A stretch of DNA of 63,435 nucleotides, the filler included. It is 4 parts of 4 records of this genome, joined end to end, with 100 filler letters (N's around TTAATTAATTAA, not from the genome) between each part and the next. Parts side by side here need not be neighbours in the genome. Positions count along the whole stretch, not along the records: positions 1 to 10,549 come from SRR31156797_28037; positions 10,650 to 32,464 come from SRR31156797_28074; 2 more parts are not named here. One strand, 5' to 3'. Shown here one piece after another: positions 8,429 to 18,671 of the stretch. The stretch's first letter is position 1, and the number at the start of each line of letters is the position of its first letter. The position numbers and the translations under genes are program-made. Under the pieces are notes generated by a model, which worked only from the letters and a program-made list of their open reading frames with translations, was not told the origin of the DNA and searched no databases.

Positions 8429-10549
8429 CTATTTCAGTACTACTTTTTCGACCTTTACATTATCACCGGCAACAATTTTAAGGTAATAAACACCCTTTGG
8501 ATTATGGCCAATATTTAAAGATGACCATCCTGAGTTTGTAAGCGTTTCAGTCATCAAAACCTGTCCACCGGCATTGAGCAGATAAACCTCAAATTGATCA
8601 GACCCTTCAATTGCTGCTGAAATATTGAGTAATCCATTTGTTGGATTCGGATAGATTTGAATATTGTTTTCCTTGATACCGCCAATACCTGTGGCAGATA
8701 CCTTGAATTCTTTTATCATGGAAAGGCCGTTGTTATAAAACATGCCGTCATGTTGTGGGAAGTTTACATCATAAACTGCCTGCAATTCGAATTCCTCATC
8801 TGTGTTTGCGATAAACACCCTGAAGCTGATCGATTCTCCATCCGTAAAACCGTCTTTCGCCGTGGTAACCGGTTCGTCTCCAAACAGTGTGATGGAAGTA
8901 TTCGCTCCTTCCCACATGGTTACACCATAGCAGTTGCCGTTAGTATCAAATGCTCCTACCAGATCACCCTGATTGATATGGCTTTGACCAATTGCAATTC
9001 GGGGAACACCAATCGTATGTGTGATCGGTGAGGTCCCAAAATAATCCCAGGGCATATAACCAATGGCTTCAAAGAGTGATTCTCTGCTTCCAACAGGTTC
9101 GGCTTTTGTTCCTGAACATTCAGGGAAATTGATGTTCCCCTGGCTATTCATCATTACATTGTAAGCCTTGCCCGGCTCGAGGCTGCCAAGACTGTTTATG
9201 TTCATCTCCGGCCAGTATATTCGCCATCCGGCAATCTCTTTTACGATCGCCAGGTCGGCTCCATCAAACAGACCTTCAACATCCACAACGCATTCGCTGA
9301 GTACCGGGATCATTGTCCAGCCATTACTCAGATCGAGTGAACTACTTGCCGATCTGGCACCAGCAATAGTGAGATCGGTATTCGCATCCATTTTAACGCT
9401 GTAACCTTGCAAATAATTCCAGTTGCCCATGGTATTGATGTTCTGGCCGGGCCAGAAAACTCCGGTTGCTGACTGCAGGATATCCATATCATCAAGCACT
9501 TTACCGAACATCACTTCAGGATCAGGATCCAGCGGATCAACCCAGGAAGAAATTCCGGACCATCCTGAATTCAGGGTTACATCCTGGCAGTGGTTTATGG
9601 TGAGCGTAACTGCGTCATCAGCAGCAACCGTACAAGGCCCTGCCGGCAATGCGGTGAGTGTAAGTTCCACTGTACCATTATCTATATCAGTATCTCCGGG
9701 ATGATATGTGGAAACAACTCCTGAAATATCATCAAAAGTTCCGTCTCCTGAAGTGCTCCAGAATAAGCTTGCATGGTTTTGTACAGTTCCGATAACGATG
9801 TATCCTTCATCGTGGCAAACCGATCCGTCGTCACCGGCATTTGCTTCAGGCAAAGCCTGAATGTTGATGGATACAGCTGATGATGCTTCCGACAGGCATG
9901 GTGAATTTGGTGATGCCGTCAATGAAAGCTCAACTGATCCGTTCTGAATATCACTGGCGCCTGGCGTGTATACCGGATCAAGCAATTGTACATTATCAAA
10001 TGTTCCATCCCCGTCTGTACTCCAGACTGAGGAAGCAGCATTATCAACAACTCCGGAAAGTTGAACTGTTTGGTCTTCACAGATGTTAGCATCAGCACCA
10101 GCATCGGCAGAAGGGAGGGTTGTAATAGCCAACTCCATTGTTGAACTTGCTGCAGCTAAACATGGAGCTGTTGGTTGAGCAACCAGGTTCAGTGAAACCA
10201 CCCCAGAAGCAATGTCAAAGGCACCTGGTGTGTAGATTGTGTTCAGATCATATACATCAGCAAAGTTACCATCTCCTGATGATTGCCATTCAAAATCAGT
10301 AGCATTTTCAACATATCCTGAAAGCTGATAAGTATCATCTTCACAAATTTCGGCGTCCTGGCCGGCATTTGCAATTACCGCCAGTTGAATATCCAGTTGC
10401 ATTGCATCTTCGGCGATGGCTGTGCAGGGCGCATTGGGCTGAGCGGTTAGTGTGAGTGTAACCATTCCATTTGAAATATCCTGCGATCCGGGCGTATAAA
10501 CTGCATTGGACAATCCCGGATCATTAAAGTTGCCATCTCCTGAGGATGA
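8429..10549 (-). CDS. T9SS type A sorting-domain surface protein with tandem ~85-aa Ig/PKD-like repeats; 5' end cut by contig edge
   Basis: Repeats A[ND]AG.D...C...W...GDG.F...Y.PG..DI..G.V.L.L.A.P..PC; C-terminal IYPNP...GVYYLKI...VEKVVLK; frame open into the N gap. Confidence 0.9.
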   Translation of the reverse strand, partial: SSSGDGNFNDPGLSNAVYTPGSQDISNGMVTLTLTAQPNAPCTAIAEDAMQLDIQLAVIANAGQDAEICEDDTYQLSGYVENATDFEWQSSGDGNFADVYDLNTIYTPGAFDIASGVVSLNLVAQPTAPCLAAASSTMELAITTLPSADAGADANICEDQTVQLSGVVDNAASSVWSTDGDGTFDNVQLLDPVYTPGASDIQNGSVELSLTASPNSPCLSEASSAVSINIQALPEANAGDDGSVCHDEGYIVIGTVQNHASLFWSTSGDGTFDDISGVVSTYHPGDTDIDNGTVELTLTALPAGPCTVAADDAVTLTINHCQDVTLNSGWSGISSWVDPLDPDPEVMFGKVLDDMDILQSATGVFWPGQNINTMGNWNYLQGYSVKMDANTDLTIAGARSASSSLDLSNGWTMIPVLSECVVDVEGLFDGADLAIVKEIAGWRIYWPEMNINSLGSLEPGKAYNVMMNSQGNINFPECSGTKAEPVGSRESLFEAIGYMPWDYFGTSPITHTIGVPRIAIGQSHINQGDLVGAFDTNGNCYGVTMWEGANTSITLFGDEPVTTAKDGFTDGESISFRVFIANTDEEFELQAVYDVNFPQHDGMFYNNGLSMIKEFKVSATGIGGIKENNIQIYPNPTNGLLNISAAIEGSDQFEVYLLNAGGQVLMTETLTNSGWSSLNIGHNPKGVYYLKIVAGDNVKVEKVVLK

Positions 10550-10649
10550 NNNNNNNNNNNNNNNNNNNNNNNNNNNNNNNNNNNNNNNNNNNNTTAATTA
10601 ATTAANNNNNNNNNNNNNNNNNNNNNNNNNNNNNNNNNNNNNNNNNNNN
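10550..10649. other. Artificial contig spacer
   Basis: N44-TTAATTAATTAA-N44; flanking genes are truncated. Confidence 0.99.
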
Positions 10650-12476
10650 GAAAACTATGCTTTCCCGGGTGGAATGATGATCGGAACTGACTCACACACC
10701 GTTAATGCAGGTGGCCTTGGCATGGTTGCCATTGGCGTTGGAGGAGCCGATGCAGTGGACGTGATGGCCGGCATGCCATGGGAGCTGAAGATGCCTAAAC
10801 TAATTGGTGTAAAGCTCACCGGCAAACTGAGCGGCTGGACAGCTTCAAAAGATATTATCCTAAAAGTGGCCGGAATTCTTACAGTTAAAGGTGGTACCGG
10901 CGCCATTGTTGAATATTTTGGCCCCGGAGCCGAAACACTCAGTTGCACTGGCAAAGGAACCATTTGTAATATGGGAGCGGAAATTGGCGCTACCACATCT
11001 ATCTTTAGTTATGATGAAAAAATGGCAACCTACCTGCGTGGTACCGGCCGTGAAGAAGTTGCTACAGAAGCCGATAAAATTGCAGAACATCTGATTGGCG
11101 ATGCAGAAGCGTATGCTGATCCTGAAAAATATTTTGACGAGGTAATCGAGATCGATCTCTCCAAACTCGAACCACATATCAACGGCCCTTTTACCCCCGA
11201 CCTTGCTACACCTGTATCTGAATTTGCCAAGGCAGTAAAAGAAAACGGATGGCCTTCAAAACTGGAGGTTGGCCTGATTGGTTCGTGTACAAACTCCTCT
11301 TATGAAGACATTACACGGGCCGCTTCTGTTGCCGAACAAGCGTTGGAAAACAACCTTGAGGTGAAATCCGAATATACAGTTACACCAGGCTCGGAGCAGG
11401 TACGGTATACGGTAGAAAGAGACGGCTATCTGGATACTTTTGAAAAAATTGGCGGTGTAGTGCTTGCCAATGCCTGTGGGCCATGTATCGGGCAGTGGGC
11501 GCGTCATAATGCAGATAAAGGCGAGAAAAATTCAATCATGACATCTTTCAACAGGAACTTTGCTAAGCGTAACGACGGCAACCCAAATACACATGGGTTT
11601 GTGGCTTCACCTGAGATTGTTACAGCTTATTCAATTGCGGGTACTCTCGAATTTAATCCAATGACCGACACACTTGTAAACAAAGATGGAAAGGAAATAA
11701 AACTTAAAGAACCGCAGGGTATTGAAATGCCTGTTAAAGGCTATGCAGTTGAGGACAATGGCTACCAGGCACCGGCTAAAGATGGAAGTACAGTGGAAGT
11801 GGAAGTTGCGCCGGACTCAGAGCGACTGCAAATTTTGAACCCGTTTAAACCCTGGGAAGGTGACAACCTGAAAGGCTTAAAACTGCTGATCAAAGCCAGG
11901 GGTAAATGCACAACAGACCATATTTCGATGGCAGGTCCCTGGTTGCGCTATCGTGGGCATCTCGACAATATTTCGAATAATATGCTAATTGGTGCCGACA
12001 ATTATTTTAACGGCAAAACCAACGCTGTTAAAAATCAACTGACCGGAGATTATGATGAAGTTCCGGCTGTAGCAAGAGCATACAAAGCCGAAGGCATAGG
12101 ATCAATTGTTGTAGGTGACGAAAATTACGGCGAGGGATCATCTCGCGAACATGCAGCAATGGAACCCAGGCATCTTGGTGTAAGGGTTGTGCTGGTTAGG
12201 AGTTTTGCACGTATCCACGAAACAAACCTGAAAAAACAAGGTATGTTGGCGATCACTTTTGCCGACAAGGCTGATTATGATAAAATCCAGGAAGATGACA
12301 CGTTGGACGTTGATGGCCTTCAGGATTTCGCTCCGGGAATACCTTTGACCGTTGTGGCACACCATGCCGACGGAACAAAGGATGAAATCAAGGTAAATCA
12401 TACCTACAGCCCGGTTCAGATTGGGTGGTTTAAAGCCGGATCAGCATTAAACCTGATCAAAAAGCAAAATCAATAA
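10650..12476 (+). CDS. Aconitate hydratase (mitochondrial-like type), 5' truncated
   Basis: [45 protein letters not shown]; frame open from 10650. Confidence 0.95.
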   Translation, partial: ENYAFPGGMMIGTDSHTVNAGGLGMVAIGVGGADAVDVMAGMPWELKMPKLIGVKLTGKLSGWTASKDIILKVAGILTVKGGTGAIVEYFGPGAETLSCTGKGTICNMGAEIGATTSIFSYDEKMATYLRGTGREEVATEADKIAEHLIGDAEAYADPEKYFDEVIEIDLSKLEPHINGPFTPDLATPVSEFAKAVKENGWPSKLEVGLIGSCTNSSYEDITRAASVAEQALENNLEVKSEYTVTPGSEQVRYTVERDGYLDTFEKIGGVVLANACGPCIGQWARHNADKGEKNSIMTSFNRNFAKRNDGNPNTHGFVASPEIVTAYSIAGTLEFNPMTDTLVNKDGKEIKLKEPQGIEMPVKGYAVEDNGYQAPAKDGSTVEVEVAPDSERLQILNPFKPWEGDNLKGLKLLIKARGKCTTDHISMAGPWLRYRGHLDNISNNMLIGADNYFNGKTNAVKNQLTGDYDEVPAVARAYKAEGIGSIVVGDENYGEGSSREHAAMEPRHLGVRVVLVRSFARIHETNLKKQGMLAITFADKADYDKIQEDDTLDVDGLQDFAPGIPLTVVAHHADGTKDEIKVNHTYSPVQIGWFKAGSALNLIKKQNQ

Positions 12477-12496
12477 CAGTAGCTTTTATAAAAATG

Positions 12497-12527
12497 AAAG
12501 GCCGGGCTTGACGTCCGGCCTTTTTTT
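12497..12527 (+). terminator. Intrinsic terminator after aconitase
   Basis: AAAGGCCGG...CCGGCCTTTTTTT. Confidence 0.8.
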
Positions 12528-12732
12528 ATTTCAGAAATTCGAGCAATTTATCCGGGTCTTGTCGATTATCCCATAAAGCTGTTGCAATTAAACTACTATC
12601 GACAATTTTATAGAAAATACTAAAGTGTCCCATTGGAATTGTATAAGTTTCAGGATATTCAGTTCATTTATTCCAATTCCTGTAAATTTCATGTCGCTGC
12701 TTAACAGCAGTATATGTCCAGAAAACCTTCAA
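12526..12732 (-). pseudogene. RelE/ParE-family toxin pseudogene (not in ORF track)
   Basis: Reads MKVFWTYTAVKQRHEIYRNWNK*TEYPETYTIPMGHFSIFYKIVDSSLIATALWDNRQDPDKLLEFLK; in-frame TGA at 12664-12666; TTG start overlaps the antitoxin TGA; WDNRQDP C-terminal motif. Confidence 0.8.
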
Positions 12733-12965
12733 TTTAAAAGTTCCTGATCATGGTTATCTGCATCTGTTTCTGAATAAAATCTACCACTGATTATGTCCTC
12801 ATCACTCATCTTCAAAACCTCTTTTTGCTGTGAACTCAATGAGATTTTCCGATCTGAGATCGGGATTTCTGTAATAATCCGATCTATCACTCTCAACAAA
12901 TCTTCATTATTTAGGGACAAAATTTTATCAATCAATTCTGATTTTAAAACCTCAACATTCGACAT
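12729..12965 (-). CDS. Putative addiction-module antitoxin
   Basis: 78 aa, acidic; LKSELIDKI...LSSQQKEVL..SDEDIISGR pattern; directly upstream of the toxin remnant. Confidence 0.75.
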   Translation of the reverse strand: MSNVEVLKSELIDKILSLNNEDLLRVIDRIITEIPISDRKISLSSQQKEVLKMSDEDIISGRFYSETDADNHDQELLN

Positions 12966-13085
12966 TTTATATTCATTTTTAGTTAATACCTTAACATATG
13001 ATAAATTTTATCCTGATTCGTTGTGCATAATTTTTATGTTTCGATCACCCGATGAAACCTGCGTCACAATATCCCTGAATTTTAA

Positions 13086-13844
13086 CTAAAAATTATAACC
13101 AATCTGAATCATATACCTTAACCCCGGCCCCAATCCGGTGGTAATGCCGCTTGAATTAAACTCGCGCTTTTCCATTAAATCATCCAAAAACGGAAACTTC
13201 GATATTAAGATATCTCTGATTGCTTCCAGGTATTCGTCTTCCTCATTAATATCTATGTTTCCATCCAGTTTTATTTTAGCACTATATATAGATGCTGATG
13301 GGCCCATAAAAATCAAATCAACCGTGAATTTTTCTTTAATCACAAATTGATAGCCCAACTGGACACCCATGCTAAACACATTAAAATTACCATCGAAAGT
13401 GAGGTTTCCTGTTGAATTGGAATTGGTTGACAGGCTGAAATCATTTGTAAAACCATAGTGATGCCACGAACCGTAAGGCCCCCAATACAAGCCGTCCGGA
13501 GCAGGGTTGGTGTTCCGCTTGCTGAAATAGAAACGATAATCTCCCGAAACCGAAAAACCACCTTTTTTCCGTGCTGCATCTATTTTTAGGCTATCATAAG
13601 ATCCAAAGGACGGTAGTTCGAAGTATCCGGCATTTACTGAAAAAGTTCTGTTTGGTTTGAGTACACGCTCATACGAGATATTTATATTATTTGAACTCCA
13701 AAGCAGGAAAGGTGTCATGTTCCATTTGATCACATTTCTTTTGTGATCGCCGGGTAAGGTATCAGATATTTCCTGTGCGGAGGATGAGAGTCCGCCAAAG
13801 AAATAAAATGTCACTGCAAAAAATGCCAAGAATTTTGTTTTCAT
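13086..13844 (-). CDS. Outer-membrane beta-barrel protein (DUF3575-like)
   Basis: Signal peptide, NVIKWN, ISYER, DYRFY, GLYWGPY, C-terminal IGYNF; start placed at MKTKF. Confidence 0.75.
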   Translation of the reverse strand: MKTKFLAFFAVTFYFFGGLSSSAQEISDTLPGDHKRNVIKWNMTPFLLWSSNNINISYERVLKPNRTFSVNAGYFELPSFGSYDSLKIDAARKKGGFSVSGDYRFYFSKRNTNPAPDGLYWGPYGSWHHYGFTNDFSLSTNSNSTGNLTFDGNFNVFSMGVQLGYQFVIKEKFTVDLIFMGPSASIYSAKIKLDGNIDINEEDEYLEAIRDILISKFPFLDDLMEKREFNSSGITTGLGPGLRYMIQIGYNF

Positions 13845-13909
13845 AGTCCCTGTATTATTTCGCATAAAAGTAAGCTAAGAATTCTGGCATGTAAACACGT
13901 TAGCAATTT

Positions 13910-14851
13910 TTAACGGATTACCCTTCTATTGTATAAATCATATCGCTGACCTGCTTTGAGCAAATAAAACTTCCTGCTCCCTTTAGGTAATCGTGTTATT
14001 TTGCCTTCCACATGACTCCAGTCGTCTTTGTCACGGACTTCTTTATAAAATGTGCCATCATATACGGCCACATAGCTTTCACCCAAAACCTCAAATTCAT
14101 TTCCATGCACCATTATGGCTGTATTTTCATCCAGTCCAAGCCCGAGCATTCCGGGATTTGCATCAAGAATTTCAAAAATATCAAACTGCCTGTTCATGGC
14201 CAGCAGATGCTGGTCAATGGCCGTATTTGTGATAAACCCGAATCCTTCTTCATGATCTCCCATCATTACAGTATTGGTTTTGGTATCGCCCCGAACCAGG
14301 TAACCGGCCTGAATGCTTGCTCCTGCCGAACTTCCACCAATCACTCCTCCCCTCTTAAGCAGTGCCTGAAAGGCATCATAGGTTTTGGTTCCGGCATAAG
14401 CATCAACCAACCGCCACTGACGGCCACCCAAAAACCAAACAGCGTTGGCGTTTTTTATAGGATTGATGAATACTTCAGAATCAGCAATCTTACGATCACG
14501 GGTATGCGAAAAGCTGAAGTTTGTAAAACCATAGCCGTGAAAACGCTTTTCCTGATCGTGATAGAAAGCATCATTTTCAAGTTCAGCATCAGTTCTTGCA
14601 GTAGAAACAATGACCAGGGAAGCCTCCGGGCCACCTGCAAGTTCCATAAATTTTTCAAAAACAGATGTATCATTCAGACTTCCTCCTGCGACAATCAGAT
14701 AACCGTTTTCCGGGCCTGTTGAATGTGAATGATAAGCATTGTGCTTTTTTTCTAGAGGGTTACAACCCGAAATCAGCAAAACAGTAAGTGTTATAATTGG
14801 AAATGAGAAATTGAAAAAACAGTTAAACTGGTGTCGTTTAGTTGAATCCAT
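13910..14851 (-). CDS. Cyanophycinase / peptidase S51 family lipoprotein
   Basis: WFLGGRQWRL, GGSSAGA nucleophile, IDQH, GLDENTA; lipobox LISGC. Confidence 0.85.
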   Translation of the reverse strand: MDSTKRHQFNCFFNFSFPIITLTVLLISGCNPLEKKHNAYHSHSTGPENGYLIVAGGSLNDTSVFEKFMELAGGPEASLVIVSTARTDAELENDAFYHDQEKRFHGYGFTNFSFSHTRDRKIADSEVFINPIKNANAVWFLGGRQWRLVDAYAGTKTYDAFQALLKRGGVIGGSSAGASIQAGYLVRGDTKTNTVMMGDHEEGFGFITNTAIDQHLLAMNRQFDIFEILDANPGMLGLGLDENTAIMVHGNEFEVLGESYVAVYDGTFYKEVRDKDDWSHVEGKITRLPKGSRKFYLLKAGQRYDLYNRRVIR

Positions 14852-14967
14852 ACGCTAACATTTTACTACAAATGTATCAAGATTTTAACGTGAAAACACA
14901 TAGATTTTGCCCGACAACAACAAATGATTGGTTTGTTTTTTTTATTTTTGAAAACAAAAACAAAATT

Positions 14968-17109
14968 ATGAAACCGCGTATCTATGGTCTCCCTGCCATT
15001 ATTGCATTTTATCTGTTCACGCTTTTACCGCAATTTACCCTTGCGCAAAGTCTAAATGAATCTCCGTTTTATTATCTCTCACCCTTACCTGGCGCAAAGA
15101 TGATAAGGCCTGAAAATGGCATCATATTAAAAACCCATGCTGAAATCCTGCCTGAAAAAATAAACTCCGGTATTTCGATTAAAGGATCAACATCAGGACA
15201 GATTGATTTTGAGTTAAAAATATTGAGAGATGAAAATGCCATCCTCATCAGGCCATTGCGACATTTTAAGTACAACGAAGCAATTACGGTGTCAGTCGGT
15301 AATGCCATTTTCAAATCTTCATTGATCAAAAAGCCCATTGAGTATGTTTTTTACACCATGAAACATCCAGTGGATGTAAAATATAATCCAGAAGAACTTC
15401 GGATAGAAAATGCGCCCACAAATACTGACCACAATATTTCGGACAGCCTGATTGCAGCATACGATCTGCCGGCTGATTTCCCGGAGTATGAAATCACACA
15501 AAAAACAAATCCCTCATCCGGGTATTTCTTTTTTGCACCCCTGAAATGGGAAGGCAACGCCCACTATATTTTGATTATGGATAATGAAGGATTTCCGGTA
15601 TTCTACAGGAAAAACCCCGGCGCATGCTATGATTTCAAGGCACAAAACAACCTTGAACTGTCTTACTATCTGGCTACCGAACAAAAGTTTGTCCGGCTTG
15701 ATCATCGGTTCGACCAGATCGGCTTTTGGGAAATGCGCAACGGATACGCAACCGACCTGCACGAATGCAACCGGCAGATTAATAGTATTTGGATGCTCGG
15801 ATATGACCCGCAACTTGTGGATATGGATACCGTTGTTGAGGGCGGCCAGCCTGGTGCTGTCGTTACCGGACTGATCGTACAAGAGCAGGATAACCTGGGC
15901 AATGTGATTTTCCAGTGGCGCAGCTGGGATCACTATGAAATCACTGATGCATCTCCATGGGTAGACCTCACGGCTGCAACAATAGATTATGTTCATGGCA
16001 ACACCATTGAAATTGTGGACGAAAATTCCATCCTGATCTCCTGCCGTAACATGAACGAGATCACCAAAATAGACCGCAACAATGGAGAAATCATTTGGAG
16101 AATGGGCGGCCCGGCATGCAAAAACAACATGTTTACTTTTATCAATGACAGTCTACAGTTCCGAATGCAACACGATGTCCGCTACCATCCTCTGGATATG
16201 ATCACTGTTTATAACAACGGAAATGGTAATCAGCCGGACCCATATTCCTCGCCAATTATGTACGGAATTATTGAGGATAGCCTGGAAGTGTTTGAAATCA
16301 GGCGGTATCACAATGATCCTGAAGTCTATGGAGACATCATGGGAAATTTCCAGTACCATCTTCCTTCCCGAAACTTCGTTACCGGCTGGGGTCGTCCGCA
16401 CAACAACATTGTGATGACAGAATTTACATATCTTGGAGAACCTGTAATGCAGGTTAAAATGCCTTACACAGTTTACAGATCTTTCAAGTTCGACTGGGAA
16501 ACGAGCATATTAGTTAAAAGTACCGATACGCTGGATTTCGGAGATATTTATTACAAGGACTCGCTTTACATGAGTTTCTCAATTACCAATGACAACTGGC
16601 GTAACATCGAAATAAATGGATTACATTTGCATGGAAACAATTTTTTTCTTTTAGGTCAATCATCGCTACCGATTATCATTGAATCCCAGGAACAAAGAAC
16701 TTTTGGAGTATGGTTCAAACCAAAAGAACCAGGTGATCACAACGATATTTTATCACTGTATGAAGACATCGAAAACGACAGCGTTACTCAACGAATCGCC
16801 TGCCAGGTAAAGTTAGTTGGTTCTGCACGTGATAGCGAAGGCACCTATGAATCGGAGTCAGAAATTTTCAGCATCGCCCCTAATCCGGGCAATGGAATTT
16901 TCAACATTGAAATATCCGGCAGGCATTTGCCTGTAACAATATCTACGTATAGTGCCAGTGGCAATTTATTGCAATCCAAACAATATGATCATTCAGATAA
17001 TCTGCACATTGACCTGAATAAATACCCAGATGGCATTTTTTATGTGAGCCTTTTTGTTCACCAAACAAAAATCCATCAAACTCAAAAAGTGATAAAAATA
17101 TCCGATTAA
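14968..17109 (+). CDS. Arylsulfotransferase (ASST) family protein with Ig-like domains and T9SS C-terminal domain
   Basis: DLHE, VIFQWRSWDH, DYVHGN, ISCRN, IIWRMGG, QHD, YRSFKF; IAPNPGNG...KVIK tail; start at MKPR with TATTTTTG just upstream. Confidence 0.85.
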   Translation: MKPRIYGLPAIIAFYLFTLLPQFTLAQSLNESPFYYLSPLPGAKMIRPENGIILKTHAEILPEKINSGISIKGSTSGQIDFELKILRDENAILIRPLRHFKYNEAITVSVGNAIFKSSLIKKPIEYVFYTMKHPVDVKYNPEELRIENAPTNTDHNISDSLIAAYDLPADFPEYEITQKTNPSSGYFFFAPLKWEGNAHYILIMDNEGFPVFYRKNPGACYDFKAQNNLELSYYLATEQKFVRLDHRFDQIGFWEMRNGYATDLHECNRQINSIWMLGYDPQLVDMDTVVEGGQPGAVVTGLIVQEQDNLGNVIFQWRSWDHYEITDASPWVDLTAATIDYVHGNTIEIVDENSILISCRNMNEITKIDRNNGEIIWRMGGPACKNNMFTFINDSLQFRMQHDVRYHPLDMITVYNNGNGNQPDPYSSPIMYGIIEDSLEVFEIRRYHNDPEVYGDIMGNFQYHLPSRNFVTGWGRPHNNIVMTEFTYLGEPVMQVKMPYTVYRSFKFDWETSILVKSTDTLDFGDIYYKDSLYMSFSITNDNWRNIEINGLHLHGNNFFLLGQSSLPIIIESQEQRTFGVWFKPKEPGDHNDILSLYEDIENDSVTQRIACQVKLVGSARDSEGTYESESEIFSIAPNPGNGIFNIEISGRHLPVTISTYSASGNLLQSKQYDHSDNLHIDLNKYPDGIFYVSLFVHQTKIHQTQKVIKISD

Positions 17110-17123
17110 GAACTGTAAAACTG

Positions 17124-18503
17124 ATGAAACAAAAGCTGAAGACCTTTTCCAATTTTGTAAAAGAGCTTATGCCCGCCGAGATCGACTATCTCGCTTCGGT
17201 GGCGCAGTTTCAGGATGAAACGAATCTTGAAATCTTCAGCAGGGTCAGGAAATTCAGAGATACAGGAAAACTCAGCTTTGATCCGGAAATTGATAAACGA
17301 AAATACACTTACCTGAAAAAGTGGATATCAGACAAACTTGCCAGGGCGGATGTGGATATCATGCTCTCAAAATTGCTTACGCTTGAAAAAAAAGTTTTAA
17401 CAGATCAGCTACTCCCGGGTGACGAAAAACAAATACTCGACCTTACAAAAGATCAAGGCAGGTTACCATTCTATTTTATGCGTACTTATGAGCTGATTCG
17501 CGATTTCAGATCGTTTTTGCTTATAAGGCTTAGACACCAGTATTTGGAAAAAGCAAATAAATATCTGGATCAACATCGTGACGATTATGAAAAGTCAAGG
17601 CGGGTTTTTAATCAGCTCGAAACAGCTACACAGGAAATTACACAGCAGTATTTCAGCCCTGACGACAAACCCAAGGATTGGGAAAATTTTTTAAAGCAGG
17701 TGTTTTTTGATGATGCCCTCGATGGACAAAACCGCTACCTTGCTATAGTAAGGCTCAGTTTCCTGTACTACAACTATAATCAGCTTGATAAAATTGAAAG
17801 CCTGTACGATCATCTCGATGCACAGTTTGCTTCGGGCATGTATTATTCACGGCGGATTCTGGCAAATTACTATTCCAACCGGCTTATTCTTCATGCACGA
17901 TTGAATCAACTCGAAACGGCAGAAAAATTCGGTTGGTTATCCGTCAAAGATCGTGGGAGCGATTACATCCATTATCTCAACAACCTGGGATCGATCTTAT
18001 TAAGACAGAAAAAAAACAAAGAAGCACTATCACTGGCACAAAAATCCATTCCTGAATTAAAAAAAACAATGAGCTATCATAACCGGGTTGGCTTTGCATC
18101 ACTGCTGATTAAAACACTAAATGCCAACGGCAAGGCTGCAGAAGGCGAAAGTTATGGAAAAACATTTTTCACGGCCTATCGCGACAAAGTGCTGGAATAC
18201 CGGTGGCACAGCTTTTTCTCTTCGTGGCTGCAGTCGATGATTATGCAGGAAAAATACAATGAAGTTTTGACCATTAGTCGCAGGTACAATATCATGGAGC
18301 TGGAAGATAAATACAGTAAACGCCCTGGTTACCTCCCTACAATTTCGTGGTACTATTTTTTGGCAAAATATAAGACAGGCAAAGTTGAGCTTTCTCAAAT
18401 CCTGAAACAATTCACGGATTTCACGGCAAAAAATCCGGACCTGCATGGATTGAAAGAACTTAATACTGAGATATCCAACCATATTCCACAGTTTGGAAAA
18501 TAG
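17124..18503 (+). CDS. Hypothetical all-helical (TPR-like) cytoplasmic protein
   Basis: 459 aa, no signal or TM segment; TPR-like helices such as YLNNLGSILLRQKKNKEALSLA. Confidence 0.7.
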   Translation: MKQKLKTFSNFVKELMPAEIDYLASVAQFQDETNLEIFSRVRKFRDTGKLSFDPEIDKRKYTYLKKWISDKLARADVDIMLSKLLTLEKKVLTDQLLPGDEKQILDLTKDQGRLPFYFMRTYELIRDFRSFLLIRLRHQYLEKANKYLDQHRDDYEKSRRVFNQLETATQEITQQYFSPDDKPKDWENFLKQVFFDDALDGQNRYLAIVRLSFLYYNYNQLDKIESLYDHLDAQFASGMYYSRRILANYYSNRLILHARLNQLETAEKFGWLSVKDRGSDYIHYLNNLGSILLRQKKNKEALSLAQKSIPELKKTMSYHNRVGFASLLIKTLNANGKAAEGESYGKTFFTAYRDKVLEYRWHSFFSSWLQSMIMQEKYNEVLTISRRYNIMELEDKYSKRPGYLPTISWYYFLAKYKTGKVELSQILKQFTDFTAKNPDLHGLKELNTEISNHIPQFGK

Positions 18504-18671
18504 AAGTCAACCCACTTTATTATTATTTTAATACATTGTTTTTTAATACATTACAATATTAATTCATCTGTAAACCCTATAAGTCGATGGCACTAATTAA
18601 AATTCAACCCACCTTCATATGTAAATAGCTGACGTTATTTGCAATTCAAAATCATTCAAAATAACAACCAT

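Noticed and set aside
12664-12666. In-frame TGA as selenocysteine or recoding
   Set aside because: Not a Cys position, coincides with an apparent deletion, and TGA is a normal stop in neighbouring genes.
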